Positions 39,513 to 50,444 of a DNA stretch of 64,000 nt are shown here, one piece after another. The first letter of the stretch is position 1; every line of letters begins with the position of its first letter. The position numbers were made by a program, and so were the translations under genes. Origin of the DNA: an uncultured Acidobacteriota bacterium. Lineage in GTDB: Bacteria; Acidobacteriota; UBA6911. A model generated the notes under the pieces. It had not been told where the DNA came from and did not search any database. It saw nothing but the letters and a program-made list of their open reading frames with translations. Location: NCBI GenBank assembly GCA_963809485.1, contig CAWEJX010000012.1, forward strand, positions 192,001-256,000, read 5' to 3'.

Positions 39513-40861
39513 ATGACGAATTGGAAATGCTGTATTTCGTCGAGGCTGGTCGCCGCAATACTGTGCGCCTTTGGCGTGTTGCTTTTTTGCCAATGCTCAA
39601 AGAACAACTCCACCTCCGCTGAAATCCACCTTCTGCTGAACCGGCACCCCTTTACAGAATCAATCCTGCGATTCCTGCCGGAGTACGAGCGAAAGACCGG
39701 AGTCAAGGTCACGCACGCTGCTCCTGTCCGAAGAGGAGTATTTTGAAAAGCTCATTACGGAGCTTTCCAGCCGCAGTTCGTTCTATGACCTGTTCATGCT
39801 GGGTTTTCCGCACTTGTGGCAATATGCCAAGGCCGGGTGGCTCGAACCTCTGGATCCGTATATTGAGAATCCCAACCTTACGCCCGTAAACTGGGATTTC
39901 CATGATTTTTTCCCGGAGCTCATTGCCTGTTCCAGGTGGAATCTTAAGCAAGGCACAGGCATGGGTGAAGGACCCTTGTGGGCGCTTCCGGTAAACGAAG
40001 AAGCCTATATAATCTTTTATCGCAGGGATCTGTTCGAACGTTTCCGTATCGAGCCTCCCGCTACCTATGAGGAAGTATACAAAGCGGCCAAAGCCCTGAC
40101 TCGCAAAGTGGACGGCCAGCAAATCTATGGATTCGGCCATAGGGGCGTACGGAGCTGGTCGACCATCCATCCCGGATACCTGACTGCGTTTGCCTCCTGG
40201 GGAGCAATGGATTTCGACGAATCCATGCATTGCGTGATCGATAGCCCCCAAGGCATCGAAATCACGGACCTGTTCATCCGGACATTGAAGCAAGGCGGGC
40301 CGCCCGGCTGGCCCAGCTATACCTGGTATGAAGGCAAAGAGGCGTTCCTTTCAGGCAGATTCGCAATGTGGTTCGACGCAAATCACCAGGCTGCCGCCTT
40401 TGAGAATCCCGCCAAGTCTCAAATTGCCGGAAAGGTGGGATATCTGCTCCCGCCGGCGGGGTCCGGCGGCCAGATCAGGTCCAGCACCTGGATATGGAGT
40501 CTGGCCATGAATGCAGCTTCCAGGAAAAAGGACGTAGCCTGGCGGTTTCTCACATGGGCTACGAGCAAAGAAATGCTTCAGCGGACCGTTCCCCATGAGA
40601 ACATAAATCCCACGCGCAGGTCCGTATGGGAACGATCCCCAAACGGTGGAGGCCACAAACTGGGCCCAGGGCGAGTATCGTCGCACAGCGCAATTGCTCC
40701 TTTCAGAGTATGCCAGGATCCGGTGGACTCCATCGACCTATGTCACTCAGGCCGGCGATCGATGGGCCGCGGCTCTGCAGGAAATCTACGAAGGGAGTCG
40801 AACTGCGGAACAGGCCTTAAAGAGCGCAGCGGAGGACATTAATCAGATGGTGAGGAAGTAA
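39513..40861 (+). CDS. Carbohydrate ABC transporter substrate-binding lipoprotein (frameshifts near 39720 and 40640)
   Basis: Lipoprotein-like N-terminus, YERKTGVKV, AGWLEPLD, FYRRDLF..PPATYEE and AFLSGRFAM across frames. Confidence 0.85.
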
Positions 40862-40867
40862 TCCCCC

Positions 40868-41770
40868 ATGGCCGATCACGCTTTGCGCACGCAGCGCTTG
40901 AATCCTCCCAACACAAGCCTGCCCTATCTACTGACTTTGCCTGCATTCATCGCCCTGGTCGGTATTCTTTATCCCTTTATCCTGGGCGTGTACTATACAT
41001 TCACCGATTACACTCTGACCGATCCGGGAAATATCCAATTCGTCGGCCTGGCAAACTACCTCGATATCTTCAGGAGCATCGATTTCTGGAAGGCTTTCGG
41101 CCTGACTTTTGTTTTTGCCGCGTCCGTCGTAATAATCGAGCTGGCTTTGGGCCTCGGGGTGGCCCTGTTGCTCAAAGATACATTTCCAGGTGTTCGTATT
41201 CTGCAGTCCTTTTTGATCATCCCCATGATGATTCCCCCCATTATCAGTGCACTGATGTGGAAGGTAATCCTTCTCCCCACGGACCAAGGCGTGTTAAACC
41301 GCATCCTTGACCTTGTCGGGATCGAGCCCATTGCCTGGCTGGGGGATTCTGCTACGGCGCTGGTCTCCCTGATCCTCATCGATGTCTGGATCTATTCGCC
41401 TTTTGCGATACTCATTTTCCTGGCCGGGTTGCAGTCCCTGCCTAAGGAGCCGTATGAGGCAGCCCGGGTGGATGGAGCATCGGGCTGGTTTATGTTCCGC
41501 AAGCTTACGCTTCCCTTGCTCCTGCCATGCATCGTGCTGGTAACGCTCTTCCGCCTGATCGATTCGCTTAAGGTTTTCGATATTATCTATGCCACGACCA
41601 AGGGTGGCCCGGCCGGAGCCACTATGACGCTGCATATTCAGAGCTATTTTGAGGCCATTCGATGGTTCAGAATGGGCAGGGGTATGGTTTACCTTTTTGT
41701 CCTTTGGCTCCTGTGTTTCACTTTCTCCAAAGCTCTAAGCAGGCTCTGGACCAAGGCGCTGATGCGATGA
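40868..41770 (+). CDS. Carbohydrate ABC transporter permease
   Basis: FVGLANY; LAGLQSLP.EPYEAARVDGAS EAA motif. Confidence 0.93.
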   Translation: MADHALRTQRLNPPNTSLPYLLTLPAFIALVGILYPFILGVYYTFTDYTLTDPGNIQFVGLANYLDIFRSIDFWKAFGLTFVFAASVVIIELALGLGVALLLKDTFPGVRILQSFLIIPMMIPPIISALMWKVILLPTDQGVLNRILDLVGIEPIAWLGDSATALVSLILIDVWIYSPFAILIFLAGLQSLPKEPYEAARVDGASGWFMFRKLTLPLLLPCIVLVTLFRLIDSLKVFDIIYATTKGGPAGATMTLHIQSYFEAIRWFRMGRGMVYLFVLWLLCFTFSKALSRLWTKALMR

Positions 41771-42625
41771 TGACTTCCCGCCGGTTCCGACGCATTCTCA
41801 AAACTCTGGGCCTTAGCGCATATTTCACTTTTGCTCTGGGACCCATTATTTGGATAGCCATGATGTCTTTGAAGAACTCCAACGATGTCATAGCCAGTCC
41901 TCCAAAATTTGTGTTCACTCCCACCCTGGAGAACTACAAAGCTATTACAGTGGGCCAGTATGCGCATGAACGTGGAGGCCGTGAGACCCGATTTTCCGAG
42001 GTACTTCCTGAACACTTTGATTATTGCATCCGCCACCGTCGTAGTTTCACTTCTTTTAGGGATTTTTGCCGCATACAGCCTGGCTCGATTTTCTTTTCGG
42101 TTCAAGGAAGACATCGCCTTCACCTTTCTGAGTTTCCGATTTGCGCCGGAACTCATGATTATCCTCCCGCTGTATGTTGTCTTTCAAAAAATAGGTCTGA
42201 TCGATTCCTACTCCGGCCTCACCGCAGCTTATCAATTGATCACCTTACCGTTCCTGATCTGGGTTCTGAGGGGATTTTTCGAAGATATTCCTCGAGAGAT
42301 TGAACAGGCCGCACGCGTGGACGGATATACGTGGTGGGGTGTTTTCCGCAGGATTTCCCTGCCTCTGGCTAAACCAGGCATTGCTGCGGTGGTGATCCTG
42401 TCTTTTATCTTCGCGTGGAATAATTTCATATTTTCCATGATCCTGGGAGGCGAGCGCACCCAGACCATCACGCTGGGCATATTGGGATTTATCGGATACG
42501 AGCGTGTTCTCTGGGGACAAATGGCCGCCGCTACCATGATCTGTGTGATCCCGGAGCTTATCCTGGCGTTTTTTGTGCAGAGCTATATTGTGCGCGGATT
42601 GACCTTCGGTGCAGTAAAGGGGTAA
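41767..42625 (+). CDS. Carbohydrate ABC transporter permease (frameshift near 41960)
   Basis: FTPTLENY then YFLNTLII..AAYSLAR, IPREIEQAARVDG, GLTFGAVKG. Confidence 0.9.
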
Positions 42626-42628
42626 CAA

Positions 42629-43765
42629 GTGGCAGAAATTGTGTTCCAGCATGTTCGGAAGCGCTATGGCGACCACGAGGCCATCCGCGACCTGAGCCTG
42701 GAAATCCGCGACAGGGAGTTCTTTGTAATCCTTGGCGAATCCGGTGCGGGCAAGACCACCATTCTCAAAATGATCGCCGGTGTCGAGTCCGTCACTTCAG
42801 GTGCCATCCTTCTCAACGGCCGGCCGATCGAGAACCTTACACCTGAGGAACGGGATTGCGCCATGGCTTTCGAGACCTATGCTTTGTACCCGCACATGTC
42901 CGTATATGAAAATATTGCCTTCCCGCTACGTTCCCCAGGACGCCGGATCCCTGAAAATCAGATCGAGCAGACTGTTCTCCGCGTGGCCCGCACCCTGGGA
43001 ATCGATCCTTTTCTGGACCGCAGGCCCGGGGCTCTGAGTGGAGGTCAGCGACAACGCGTAGCTTTGGGACGAGCCCTGGTGAGGCAGCCTGCGGCCTTTC
43101 TCATGGACGAGCCGCTGTCCCACCTGGATGCACGACTGCGCAACGAAATGAGAACCGAGATCAAGGCCATGCGGGAGTCCTTCGGGACCACGATTGTTTA
43201 TGTAACACACGACTATAGCGAAGCCTTAGCCTTGGGGGATCGCATTGCAATCCTGCATCAGGGGCGCATCGAGCAGGTGGGAACGCCCTCGCAGGTGTTT
43301 CGTCGGCCCGTAAATCGCCTTGTGGCCGAATCCATGGGGGACCCGCCCATGAATTTCCTTGCAGGCACAATAGCATTGGATCAAAGCCGAGCTGTGTTTG
43401 CGGCTGGGGATGTGCGAATTCCCTTGCTCGATAGCTCTCGGCTGCGGGGGTGTGTTGGAAAAGAGGTTTGCCTCGGACTCAGACCGCAACACATCCGCCT
43501 GGAGCGTGACTGGCCTGACACTCCCTTCAGCTTGCCTTCGAAGCTTTTTGTGCAAGAACTTCTGGGAGACCGCGCTGTGATTTCGGTTACTGCAGAGGAT
43601 CGCGTGTTCAAGGCCTTATGCAAAGCGGATCAGGCTTACGGCATTGACGAGCATCTCTACCTAACATGGGCTCCCGAGCACATGTATCTGTTTTTGGAGG
43701 ATACGGGCGAAACACTTCTGGCGGAGGGCGACTGTGGCCGAGATCATCCTGAGCCATGTGAGTAA
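42629..43765 (+). CDS. Carbohydrate ABC transporter ATP-binding protein
   Basis: GESGAGKT, LSGGQRQR, MDEPLSHLD, YVTHD. Confidence 0.95.
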   Translation: MAEIVFQHVRKRYGDHEAIRDLSLEIRDREFFVILGESGAGKTTILKMIAGVESVTSGAILLNGRPIENLTPEERDCAMAFETYALYPHMSVYENIAFPLRSPGRRIPENQIEQTVLRVARTLGIDPFLDRRPGALSGGQRQRVALGRALVRQPAAFLMDEPLSHLDARLRNEMRTEIKAMRESFGTTIVYVTHDYSEALALGDRIAILHQGRIEQVGTPSQVFRRPVNRLVAESMGDPPMNFLAGTIALDQSRAVFAAGDVRIPLLDSSRLRGCVGKEVCLGLRPQHIRLERDWPDTPFSLPSKLFVQELLGDRAVISVTAEDRVFKALCKADQAYGIDEHLYLTWAPEHMYLFLEDTGETLLAEGDCGRDHPEPCE

Positions 43766-44870
43766 GCGTTATAGCAGGGGGAATGGTCCTTTTGCTGTAA
43801 AGGATCTTTCTCTCCGTATCCGCGACAAGGAGTTTATGGTACTCCTGGGGCCCTCAGGATGCGGTAAAACCTCCACGTTGCGAATGATTGCGGGGCTGGA
43901 GGAAATTACCGGGGGAAATCTCTCCTTTAACGGCAAGCAGGTCAAAGATCTGCCGCCCCAGTCGCGGGATATCGCCATGGCCTTCGAGAACTATGCGCTG
44001 TATCCCACGCTTGTCGTAAAAGACAATATTGAGTTTCCGCTGAAAATCCGTCGCTGGCCGCAATCCCGGATCGATGAAAAAGTCGCATGGGTGGCCGGGG
44101 AGTTACAGATCACCGATATTCTTCAACGCAGACCCTTGGAGTTAAGCGGCGGGCAACAGCAACGGGTATCTCTGGCGCGGGCCATCGTTCGGGAACCGCA
44201 GGTATTCCTGTTCGACGAACCCCTTTCGCACTTGGACACAAAACAGAGACAAGGGATGCGAACACTGATAAAGAGGCTGCATGCGCAGCTTGGGAAGACC
44301 ATGATTTATGTAACTCACGATCAGAACGAAGCCATAGCTCTCGCCGATAGGATAGCCGTCATGCACCAGGGGGAACTCCAGCAGGTGGGTACGCCCGGGG
44401 AGATTCTGAACGATCCGGCCAATGCCTTTGTAGCCGGGTTTGTAGGAGAGCCTGCCATGAACTTTCTGGATGTGGAGATCCGAATGGAGGATGGAGGACC
44501 TGCGTGGATACACCATGCCGGCTACCGCTTGGCAGACCTGCCTGGCGCGCTGAATCCGGTAAGCCGGCAGGATTTGTCCGCGCCCCTGCAGGCTGGAATT
44601 CGTCCCCATCACATTGAATTCTCCGAAACAAGGATGCGGGCTACGGATCTGGCTGCAGAGGTCGGCACATACGAATCCCTTGGAGAACGAGGCGTGCTGA
44701 CGGCGCGCCTCCAATCTCAAAGTATCAGGATCCTGACACCTCCGGATCAGACCTTCCACAAAGCGCAGCCCTTATGGGTATATTGTCCATTGGAGCACAT
44801 GCACTTTTTCTCAAAAGAGACCGGGCAAAGATTCCATCTGGATTATCTCGACAGGAGAATGACCTCATGA
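43734..44870 (+). CDS. Carbohydrate ABC transporter ATP-binding protein
   Basis: GPSGCGKT, LSGGQQQR, FDEPLSHLD. Confidence 0.95.
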   Translation: MAEIILSHVSKRYSRGNGPFAVKDLSLRIRDKEFMVLLGPSGCGKTSTLRMIAGLEEITGGNLSFNGKQVKDLPPQSRDIAMAFENYALYPTLVVKDNIEFPLKIRRWPQSRIDEKVAWVAGELQITDILQRRPLELSGGQQQRVSLARAIVREPQVFLFDEPLSHLDTKQRQGMRTLIKRLHAQLGKTMIYVTHDQNEAIALADRIAVMHQGELQQVGTPGEILNDPANAFVAGFVGEPAMNFLDVEIRMEDGGPAWIHHAGYRLADLPGALNPVSRQDLSAPLQAGIRPHHIEFSETRMRATDLAAEVGTYESLGERGVLTARLQSQSIRILTPPDQTFHKAQPLWVYCPLEHMHFFSKETGQRFHLDYLDRRMTS

Positions 44871-45901
44871 AAGCTATGGTACTAACGGGAATCAGGAAAA
44901 TTGAAATCGTGGAACAGCCTGCCCCCGCCGTGAAGCATCCGACCGATGTACTGCTCCGGATTGTCCGGGCCGGCATCTGCGGTTCCGATCTCCACTATTA
45001 CACTCAGGGACGGATCGGAGACCAGATTGTGCGTTTCCCCTTTTGTGTTGGTCATGAATGCAGTGCAGTCGTGGAGGACGCGGGAAAACAGGTAACACGT
45101 TTCAAAACTGGAGATCTGGTAGTTGTGGATCCGTCCGTCTCCTGCGGCGCCTGCGATCAATGCCGGGCCGGTTATTACCACACGTGCCGCACAATGCGAT
45201 TTTTGGGATGCCCGGGCCAATTGGAGGGATGCTTATGCGATCTCATGGTTATGCCCGAGGATTGCTGCTATAGCGCTAGGGGGTTGACTGCGGATCAGGC
45301 CGCCCTCGTGGAGCCATTGACCATAGGCCACTACGCCGTGCAACTTGCCGGCGACCTGAAAGGCAAAAAGGTTGGCATCCTGGGAAGCGGTCCCATCGGT
45401 TTGAGTGTGCTACTTTCTGCTCAGGTAGCGGGCGCCTCCGCGCATTATTTGACGGACCGGCTCGACTATCGACTCGAAACAGCTCAGCGGCAGGGTGCTA
45501 CATGGACTGGAAATCCAGATCGTACAGACATCGTTCACGACATCCTTCAGCAAGAACCTCTGGAATTGGACGTGGTCTTCGAGTGCTGCGGGCAGCAGGC
45601 GGCATTGGGCCAGGCGATGAAACTATGCAAGCCCATGGGCCGGCTGGTCATTGTGGGCATTCCCGAGACAGATCAAATCTCCTTCGCGGTGCATGACGCC
45701 AGGCGCAAAGGACTCACCTTTATAAACGTCCGGCGCCAGAATAAATGTATCGATCCCGTAATCGAACGGATCCGCACTGGCAGGATCAAGCCTGATTTTA
45801 TGATCACGCACCGATTCAGTCTGGACCGGGTGGCCAGGGCTTTTGAACTGCTATCCGATTATCGCGACGGCATTCTCAAGGCTTTGGTGGAGATAGGGTA
45901 G
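44867..45901 (+). CDS. Zn-dependent polyol/alcohol dehydrogenase (MDR, sorbitol dehydrogenase-like)
   Basis: GICGSDLH, GHE, CxxCxxC..C structural Zn site, GSGPIG. Confidence 0.92.
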   Translation: MKAMVLTGIRKIEIVEQPAPAVKHPTDVLLRIVRAGICGSDLHYYTQGRIGDQIVRFPFCVGHECSAVVEDAGKQVTRFKTGDLVVVDPSVSCGACDQCRAGYYHTCRTMRFLGCPGQLEGCLCDLMVMPEDCCYSARGLTADQAALVEPLTIGHYAVQLAGDLKGKKVGILGSGPIGLSVLLSAQVAGASAHYLTDRLDYRLETAQRQGATWTGNPDRTDIVHDILQQEPLELDVVFECCGQQAALGQAMKLCKPMGRLVIVGIPETDQISFAVHDARRKGLTFINVRRQNKCIDPVIERIRTGRIKPDFMITHRFSLDRVARAFELLSDYRDGILKALVEIG

Positions 45902-46212
45902 CATGGCGGCCTGATTCACCATCACTTTCACTTGTACCGGACGGAGCAAAGGGCAGATGAGCAAAAGAAACAACGTCGTCTCCCGCCCCAGGAGTATTTG
46001 TGAAGAATGGCATGAATGAAAACAGGGAAGCAATTCGATAGGGTGCTGACATGGGCATTGCTCAAACTCTCCTGCGCTCAGAGTCCCGGAGCCATTGAGG
46101 TGCGTCAAAGGCTCAAACGGTTTCCGACGTTAGCCGACTCGCCTGCTGCCGCCAGACGCAAGCAGCCGGATGGGCGCCGAATGCTCGGCCCCATCCGGCA
46201 ACCGCCTTCCAT

Positions 46213-47259
46213 CTAGTCGATCTTCTTCTTGCGCGTGACCCACTTCGGGTCCGCACAGAGTCCGCATTTGTTGCCCTGGAACATCTTCGCGGCTTCCTTG
46301 TTGCCCTTCAGCTGCCAGTCCAGCCATGCGAGCGCAACTTTGCCGAAGGTGCCGCCATCGGGATCGTGATAGGTGCCCCCGTGCCCGATTCCTTTCTCAA
46401 AGGCGCGAAAAACCGGTATGTGGTTGATCTTTTCAAAGTCGTCATTTGCATTCGCATAGGCGATGTCCGACTCATCACCGCTCATGTAGAGCACCGGTGC
46501 GTGCATCAGATTCAGAGACTTCTTGGGTATAGGCTTGCCGCTGCCCGACATGGTCGTCGGCACCGTCATCAATCCGCTGTTGGCCACGATCGCAGTCTTT
46601 ACGCGCGGATCCACCGAGGCTTCGATCGCCTGCACGCCGCCGCAGGACATGCCTGCAACCGCGATTTTTGCGGTGTCGAGCTTACCGTAATACCTGCTGC
46701 CCTGACGGCGGTTTTCCGCGATCGCCCAATCGATAGCTTCGAGGAGCTGCGCCGTTGTGGTGGGCGGCGTTGAAGTTATCACGGGAGGGACGCCGGGTTT
46801 TGCGTCCGCACCCGGCTGAGGAGCACGGCCTTCGGGAGCGCCCGCCTTTCGGCCACCGGCTGGAGCAGCGCCACGACCAGGCGGCGTGGCAGGCGGAAAC
46901 TGTGCTTTATCCGGGCCAATCGGGCCGTTCGCAATGACCAGGTAGCCGTGACTTGCTATCTGGGTCAGGAACACACGGAAGGCGTTGCCATCGGCCGCGC
47001 AGGCACCGTTGCCCCACGCCATGATCGGCAGCTTGACGGAACCGACAGAGTTCATGTCATTGGGCCGATAAACGGTGTGTTTTGCCAATGTCGGATCGAC
47101 TTCCATGATCGCCTTGAAGGGTCCCGTGCCGAGGGGCGTCGCGGCGGGAAGCACTTTAGGCAGCTTCGTCGCAGGCTGCTCTTGCGGCGGCGGGATTTGT
47201 GCGGAGCCGGCGCAACACAAGAGCGCCAATACAGCAAGGCAGCAGATGGGCATTTTCAT
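46213..47259 (-). CDS. Secreted alpha/beta hydrolase, paralog of 26354
   Basis: HTVYRP, AWGNGAC, GMSCGG, GHGGTY, CGLC and a KKKID end. Confidence 0.85.
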   Translation of the reverse strand: MKMPICCLAVLALLCCAGSAQIPPPQEQPATKLPKVLPAATPLGTGPFKAIMEVDPTLAKHTVYRPNDMNSVGSVKLPIMAWGNGACAADGNAFRVFLTQIASHGYLVIANGPIGPDKAQFPPATPPGRGAAPAGGRKAGAPEGRAPQPGADAKPGVPPVITSTPPTTTAQLLEAIDWAIAENRRQGSRYYGKLDTAKIAVAGMSCGGVQAIEASVDPRVKTAIVANSGLMTVPTTMSGSGKPIPKKSLNLMHAPVLYMSGDESDIAYANANDDFEKINHIPVFRAFEKGIGHGGTYHDPDGGTFGKVALAWLDWQLKGNKEAAKMFQGNKCGLCADPKWVTRKKKID

Positions 47260-47422
47260 ATGGATATCCTCAGTGAGTGGTTTCCCAAATTCCAGAGATG
47301 GGCATCGATTGCGATCGGCCCAGCGTCCAATCAACATATCCGGATTAGCCAACCGATGTCTGCACCTGCAAACCATCCTTTTGCGAGATCAGACTTATTG
47401 AACGAACGCATTCTGTCAAAGC

Positions 47423-47464
47423 AATAACGCAAATATTATTCTTTATGCATGCACAATGCATTTA
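47423..47464. promoter_or_regulatory. Conserved operator/promoter motif, copy 3
   Basis: aataacgcaaatattattctttatgcatgcacaatgcattta, nearly identical to 22391; between divergent genes. Confidence 0.65.
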
Positions 47465-47656
47465 AATTTTGGGGATTATGTGTGAGATATTCCGGTCTGA
47501 ACAATATGCGCTATTTCCTTGACACAAACGAAGGGTATGAAATAAGTCTGGGATCGTCTTCGACCGGATCCCGGGGTGCAGAGCCGGAGCATCCAAGCAG
47601 GTTTCCTATCTTTTGGCTCCGCTCACGATTCTGAAATCGAGAAGAAAGGAAGAGCG

Positions 47657-49276
47657 ATGAATTCCATCAAAGTATTGGGCATCCTGTTTTGCGCCCTATG
47701 TTTTGGACAAGCACCGGCGCGCTCTGCGCAGGCGCAGGCAAACTCCGCAGGATCGAATCCTGTCGCTTCGGTCCGCGCAGGCCAGCTGCGCGGCAGTTTG
47801 ACTGAGGATGGTGTCGCCGTGTTCAAAAACATTCCGTTTGCGCAACCGCCGGTGGGCAACCTGCGCTGGCGGGAGCCGGTTCCGGCGAAATCCTGGACCG
47901 GTGTCCGTGATGCGACTGCTTTTGGCCCCATGTGCCATCAAAACGACAACCATCATCTGCCCCACAGCGAAGACTGCCTGCAGCTGAACGTCTGGACGCC
48001 GACGTGGCCCATGAAATCAAAGGTGCCCGTCATGGTATGGTTCCATGGCGGAGGGAACTTCGCCGGATCGGGAGTGGAACCTCTCTTCAATGGTGAAACC
48101 CTCGCCCGCAATGGGGTGGTGCTGGTGACCAGCAACTACCGGCTTGGCATCTTCGGCTTCTTTGCGCATCCCGAACTCACCCAAGAGTCTGTCCGCCACG
48201 CCTCTGGAAACTATGGGCTGATGGATCAGATTCTGGCCTTGCGCTGGGTGCAGCAGAACATCGCCAGCTTCGGCGGCAATCCCGCAAATGTGACGATCTT
48301 CGGGGAATCGGCAGGCGCAGCCGACGTCAATTCGCTGATTGCTTCGCCTTTGACGAAGGGATTGTTTGTACGCGCGATTGCGCAAAGCGGTCCGATAAGC
48401 GACCAGCCATCGTTGGCGGAAGCGGAAAAGAGAGATGTGGAGTGGGCGGCCAAGCTGGGCATTACGGGCGACGAAGCCCTGGCAAAACTGCGCGCAATTC
48501 CCGATACGGAATTGATGGCGAAGCTTGGGCAGGAAGGAGGACCGCGGGGCCCCGGAATGGGAGGCAGCGGTCCCATGATGGGAATTGTCGTAGACGGCTG
48601 GGTGCTTCCGGAGCAGCCCACCAAAATATTCGCCGAGGGCCGCGGGCAAAAGGTGGGTTTGATGATCGGCAGCAACTCCCAGGAGTTTCAGGGAATGATG
48701 GGAATGACGGGAGCGAAGGGCGCGACGCCTCCTGCGGACATCCGTCAGATGATTTCCCAGCGCTATGGCCCTCTGGCCGACCGCGCGCTGGCAGCCTATG
48801 GGCTGCAAGGTGAGAGCGAACCTGAACCCGACCCTGGAAATGGACCCGTGATGACGCAATGGAGCACCGACAATGCGTTCCGCTGCGGTACAGTTCAGGA
48901 ATTGATTTGGCACACTGCCGCGGGGAACCCGGGTTACCAGTATCAGTTCTCGCGCACCGTGCACGGCCAGGAGGCTCAGGGAGCGCCTCACGCCTCCGAA
49001 ATTCCGTTTATCTTCGGGACGTTCTCCGTGTGGCAGAAAATGCGGAATTACAATGAGTCGGATCACCAATATGCGAAGCTGATACGACAATACTGGATCA
49101 ACTTCGCCAAGACCGGTGATCCTAACGGCGGGAGCCTTGTGAGGTGGCCGAAGTTTGATGCGGCCAGGCGCGTATACATCGATTTCACCGATGCCGGACC
49201 GGTAGTTAAAGAGGGCTTGAGACGGCCAGTCTGCGATCTTTTTATGGAAAACCAAAGGCGCCTGGCGGCGAAATAA
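47657..49276 (+). CDS. Secreted type-B carboxylesterase
   Basis: IPFAQPPVGNLRW, SEDCL.LNVW, HGGG, GESAG, HASE. Confidence 0.95.
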   Translation: MNSIKVLGILFCALCFGQAPARSAQAQANSAGSNPVASVRAGQLRGSLTEDGVAVFKNIPFAQPPVGNLRWREPVPAKSWTGVRDATAFGPMCHQNDNHHLPHSEDCLQLNVWTPTWPMKSKVPVMVWFHGGGNFAGSGVEPLFNGETLARNGVVLVTSNYRLGIFGFFAHPELTQESVRHASGNYGLMDQILALRWVQQNIASFGGNPANVTIFGESAGAADVNSLIASPLTKGLFVRAIAQSGPISDQPSLAEAEKRDVEWAAKLGITGDEALAKLRAIPDTELMAKLGQEGGPRGPGMGGSGPMMGIVVDGWVLPEQPTKIFAEGRGQKVGLMIGSNSQEFQGMMGMTGAKGATPPADIRQMISQRYGPLADRALAAYGLQGESEPEPDPGNGPVMTQWSTDNAFRCGTVQELIWHTAAGNPGYQYQFSRTVHGQEAQGAPHASEIPFIFGTFSVWQKMRNYNESDHQYAKLIRQYWINFAKTGDPNGGSLVRWPKFDAARRVYIDFTDAGPVVKEGLRRPVCDLFMENQRRLAAK

Positions 49277-49323
49277 CAACGGACCGGCGGGCCGCCGTCG
49301 CGTCCCGCCGTTACTTGTTCGGC

Positions 49324-50409
49324 TTATCGGGTGCTTTCATAGAAGGTGAGCCCAACGCCGCCGGAACCAGGGCCCGGATTTGAACTCAGATATAATCCCT
49401 TGTTCAGCCAGGCGTATTGGCTGTCCATACGGACCTCAAATGCAGGCGCCAGCAACCCGAACGAGCCGCCGTTTCGCACAATGATCACTTCACCGTCGCT
49501 CGTTTGCCAGAGATAGCGCGCATCAATTGTCGCAGGACTGGCTAGATTCTGGTAATCCGCGCCGCCCGGCAGAACTTTTCCCGCAATCTTCCCGCTGAGA
49601 GTCCCGCCGGTGATTGGAATGATGTTCCGGTTGCCTTTTTTGGTCGCTCCCACCGATTGGCTTGGTCCAAGGGTGACGTTCTCGCTAATCAACTGTTCGC
49701 CTCGTTTCTCCTCTGCCGTCGCCTTTCGATAATCCCACGGCTGACCTTGCACGTCCGCCGGCTTGCCCACCTGGACCGAGTTCGTCGCATTTGCTTTGAT
49801 TTCGACACCTGAGACATCATATACGCTCAACCTCACGGTCCGGGCAGCCAAATCCAGGACCCGCCTCCCTGCATACTTCCCTGAGTGGAGCCAGCTGTAA
49901 CTGCTCGCATTCGGCGCTTCAAAATCCGGCACCATTCTCACATCGCTCTGATCCGCTGCCGTTCCGGGGATTCGCAGATAGATGTACTTCCCGTCGCTCG
50001 TCTGCAGGACCAGTATCTCCTCAATTTCCAGGCCGCCGTTTGAAAAGTTCAGCTGAAAATCGAGCCCCCCCGGCATCACCGAACCAGTGATCTTTTCGCC
50101 CGATACTGTACCTCCCTGGATTACAGATATTGTCCTTTGACCATAAGGCGTCCTGCCCACTTCATAGACCTGGTCCAGCTTCATATTGGCCTCAAACACG
50201 GGCACGCCGCGTTCCGGCACGGGTATGCCCTCCGCCATCCCGCATGGCCATGACCTGTGAGGGACCAGAATCTTCCCTGTCCCTCCATATCCTGCATTTG
50301 TCCGCCCTGCGCCCTCCTGCGTCCTCCCATTCAGCGCCCGCAATTGGCAGAAAATCAAGATGCCCGCCAGCACCATCAGCGTTGACGTCTTCAAATATTT
50401 GTTTTTCAT
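49324..50409 (-). CDS. Secreted protein with tandem DUF3237-like domains
   Basis: Two repeats of VG.T..G.R....I.GG..SG...G.V.PGG.D.Q...L.QTSDG..I. Confidence 0.75.
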   Translation of the reverse strand: MKNKYLKTSTLMVLAGILIFCQLRALNGRTQEGAGRTNAGYGGTGKILVPHRSWPCGMAEGIPVPERGVPVFEANMKLDQVYEVGRTPYGQRTISVIQGGTVSGEKITGSVMPGGLDFQLNFSNGGLEIEEILVLQTSDGKYIYLRIPGTAADQSDVRMVPDFEAPNASSYSWLHSGKYAGRRVLDLAARTVRLSVYDVSGVEIKANATNSVQVGKPADVQGQPWDYRKATAEEKRGEQLISENVTLGPSQSVGATKKGNRNIIPITGGTLSGKIAGKVLPGGADYQNLASPATIDARYLWQTSDGEVIIVRNGGSFGLLAPAFEVRMDSQYAWLNKGLYLSSNPGPGSGGVGLTFYESTR

Positions 50410-50444
50410 CTCATCCCCTCAAGTTAGGTGCGCGAAGTTCGCGT

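Noticed and set aside
39744-39746. TGA ending ORF 39444-39746 as Sec
   Set aside because: The continuation (LLSEEEYFEKL) is in a different frame, so this is a simple frameshift.
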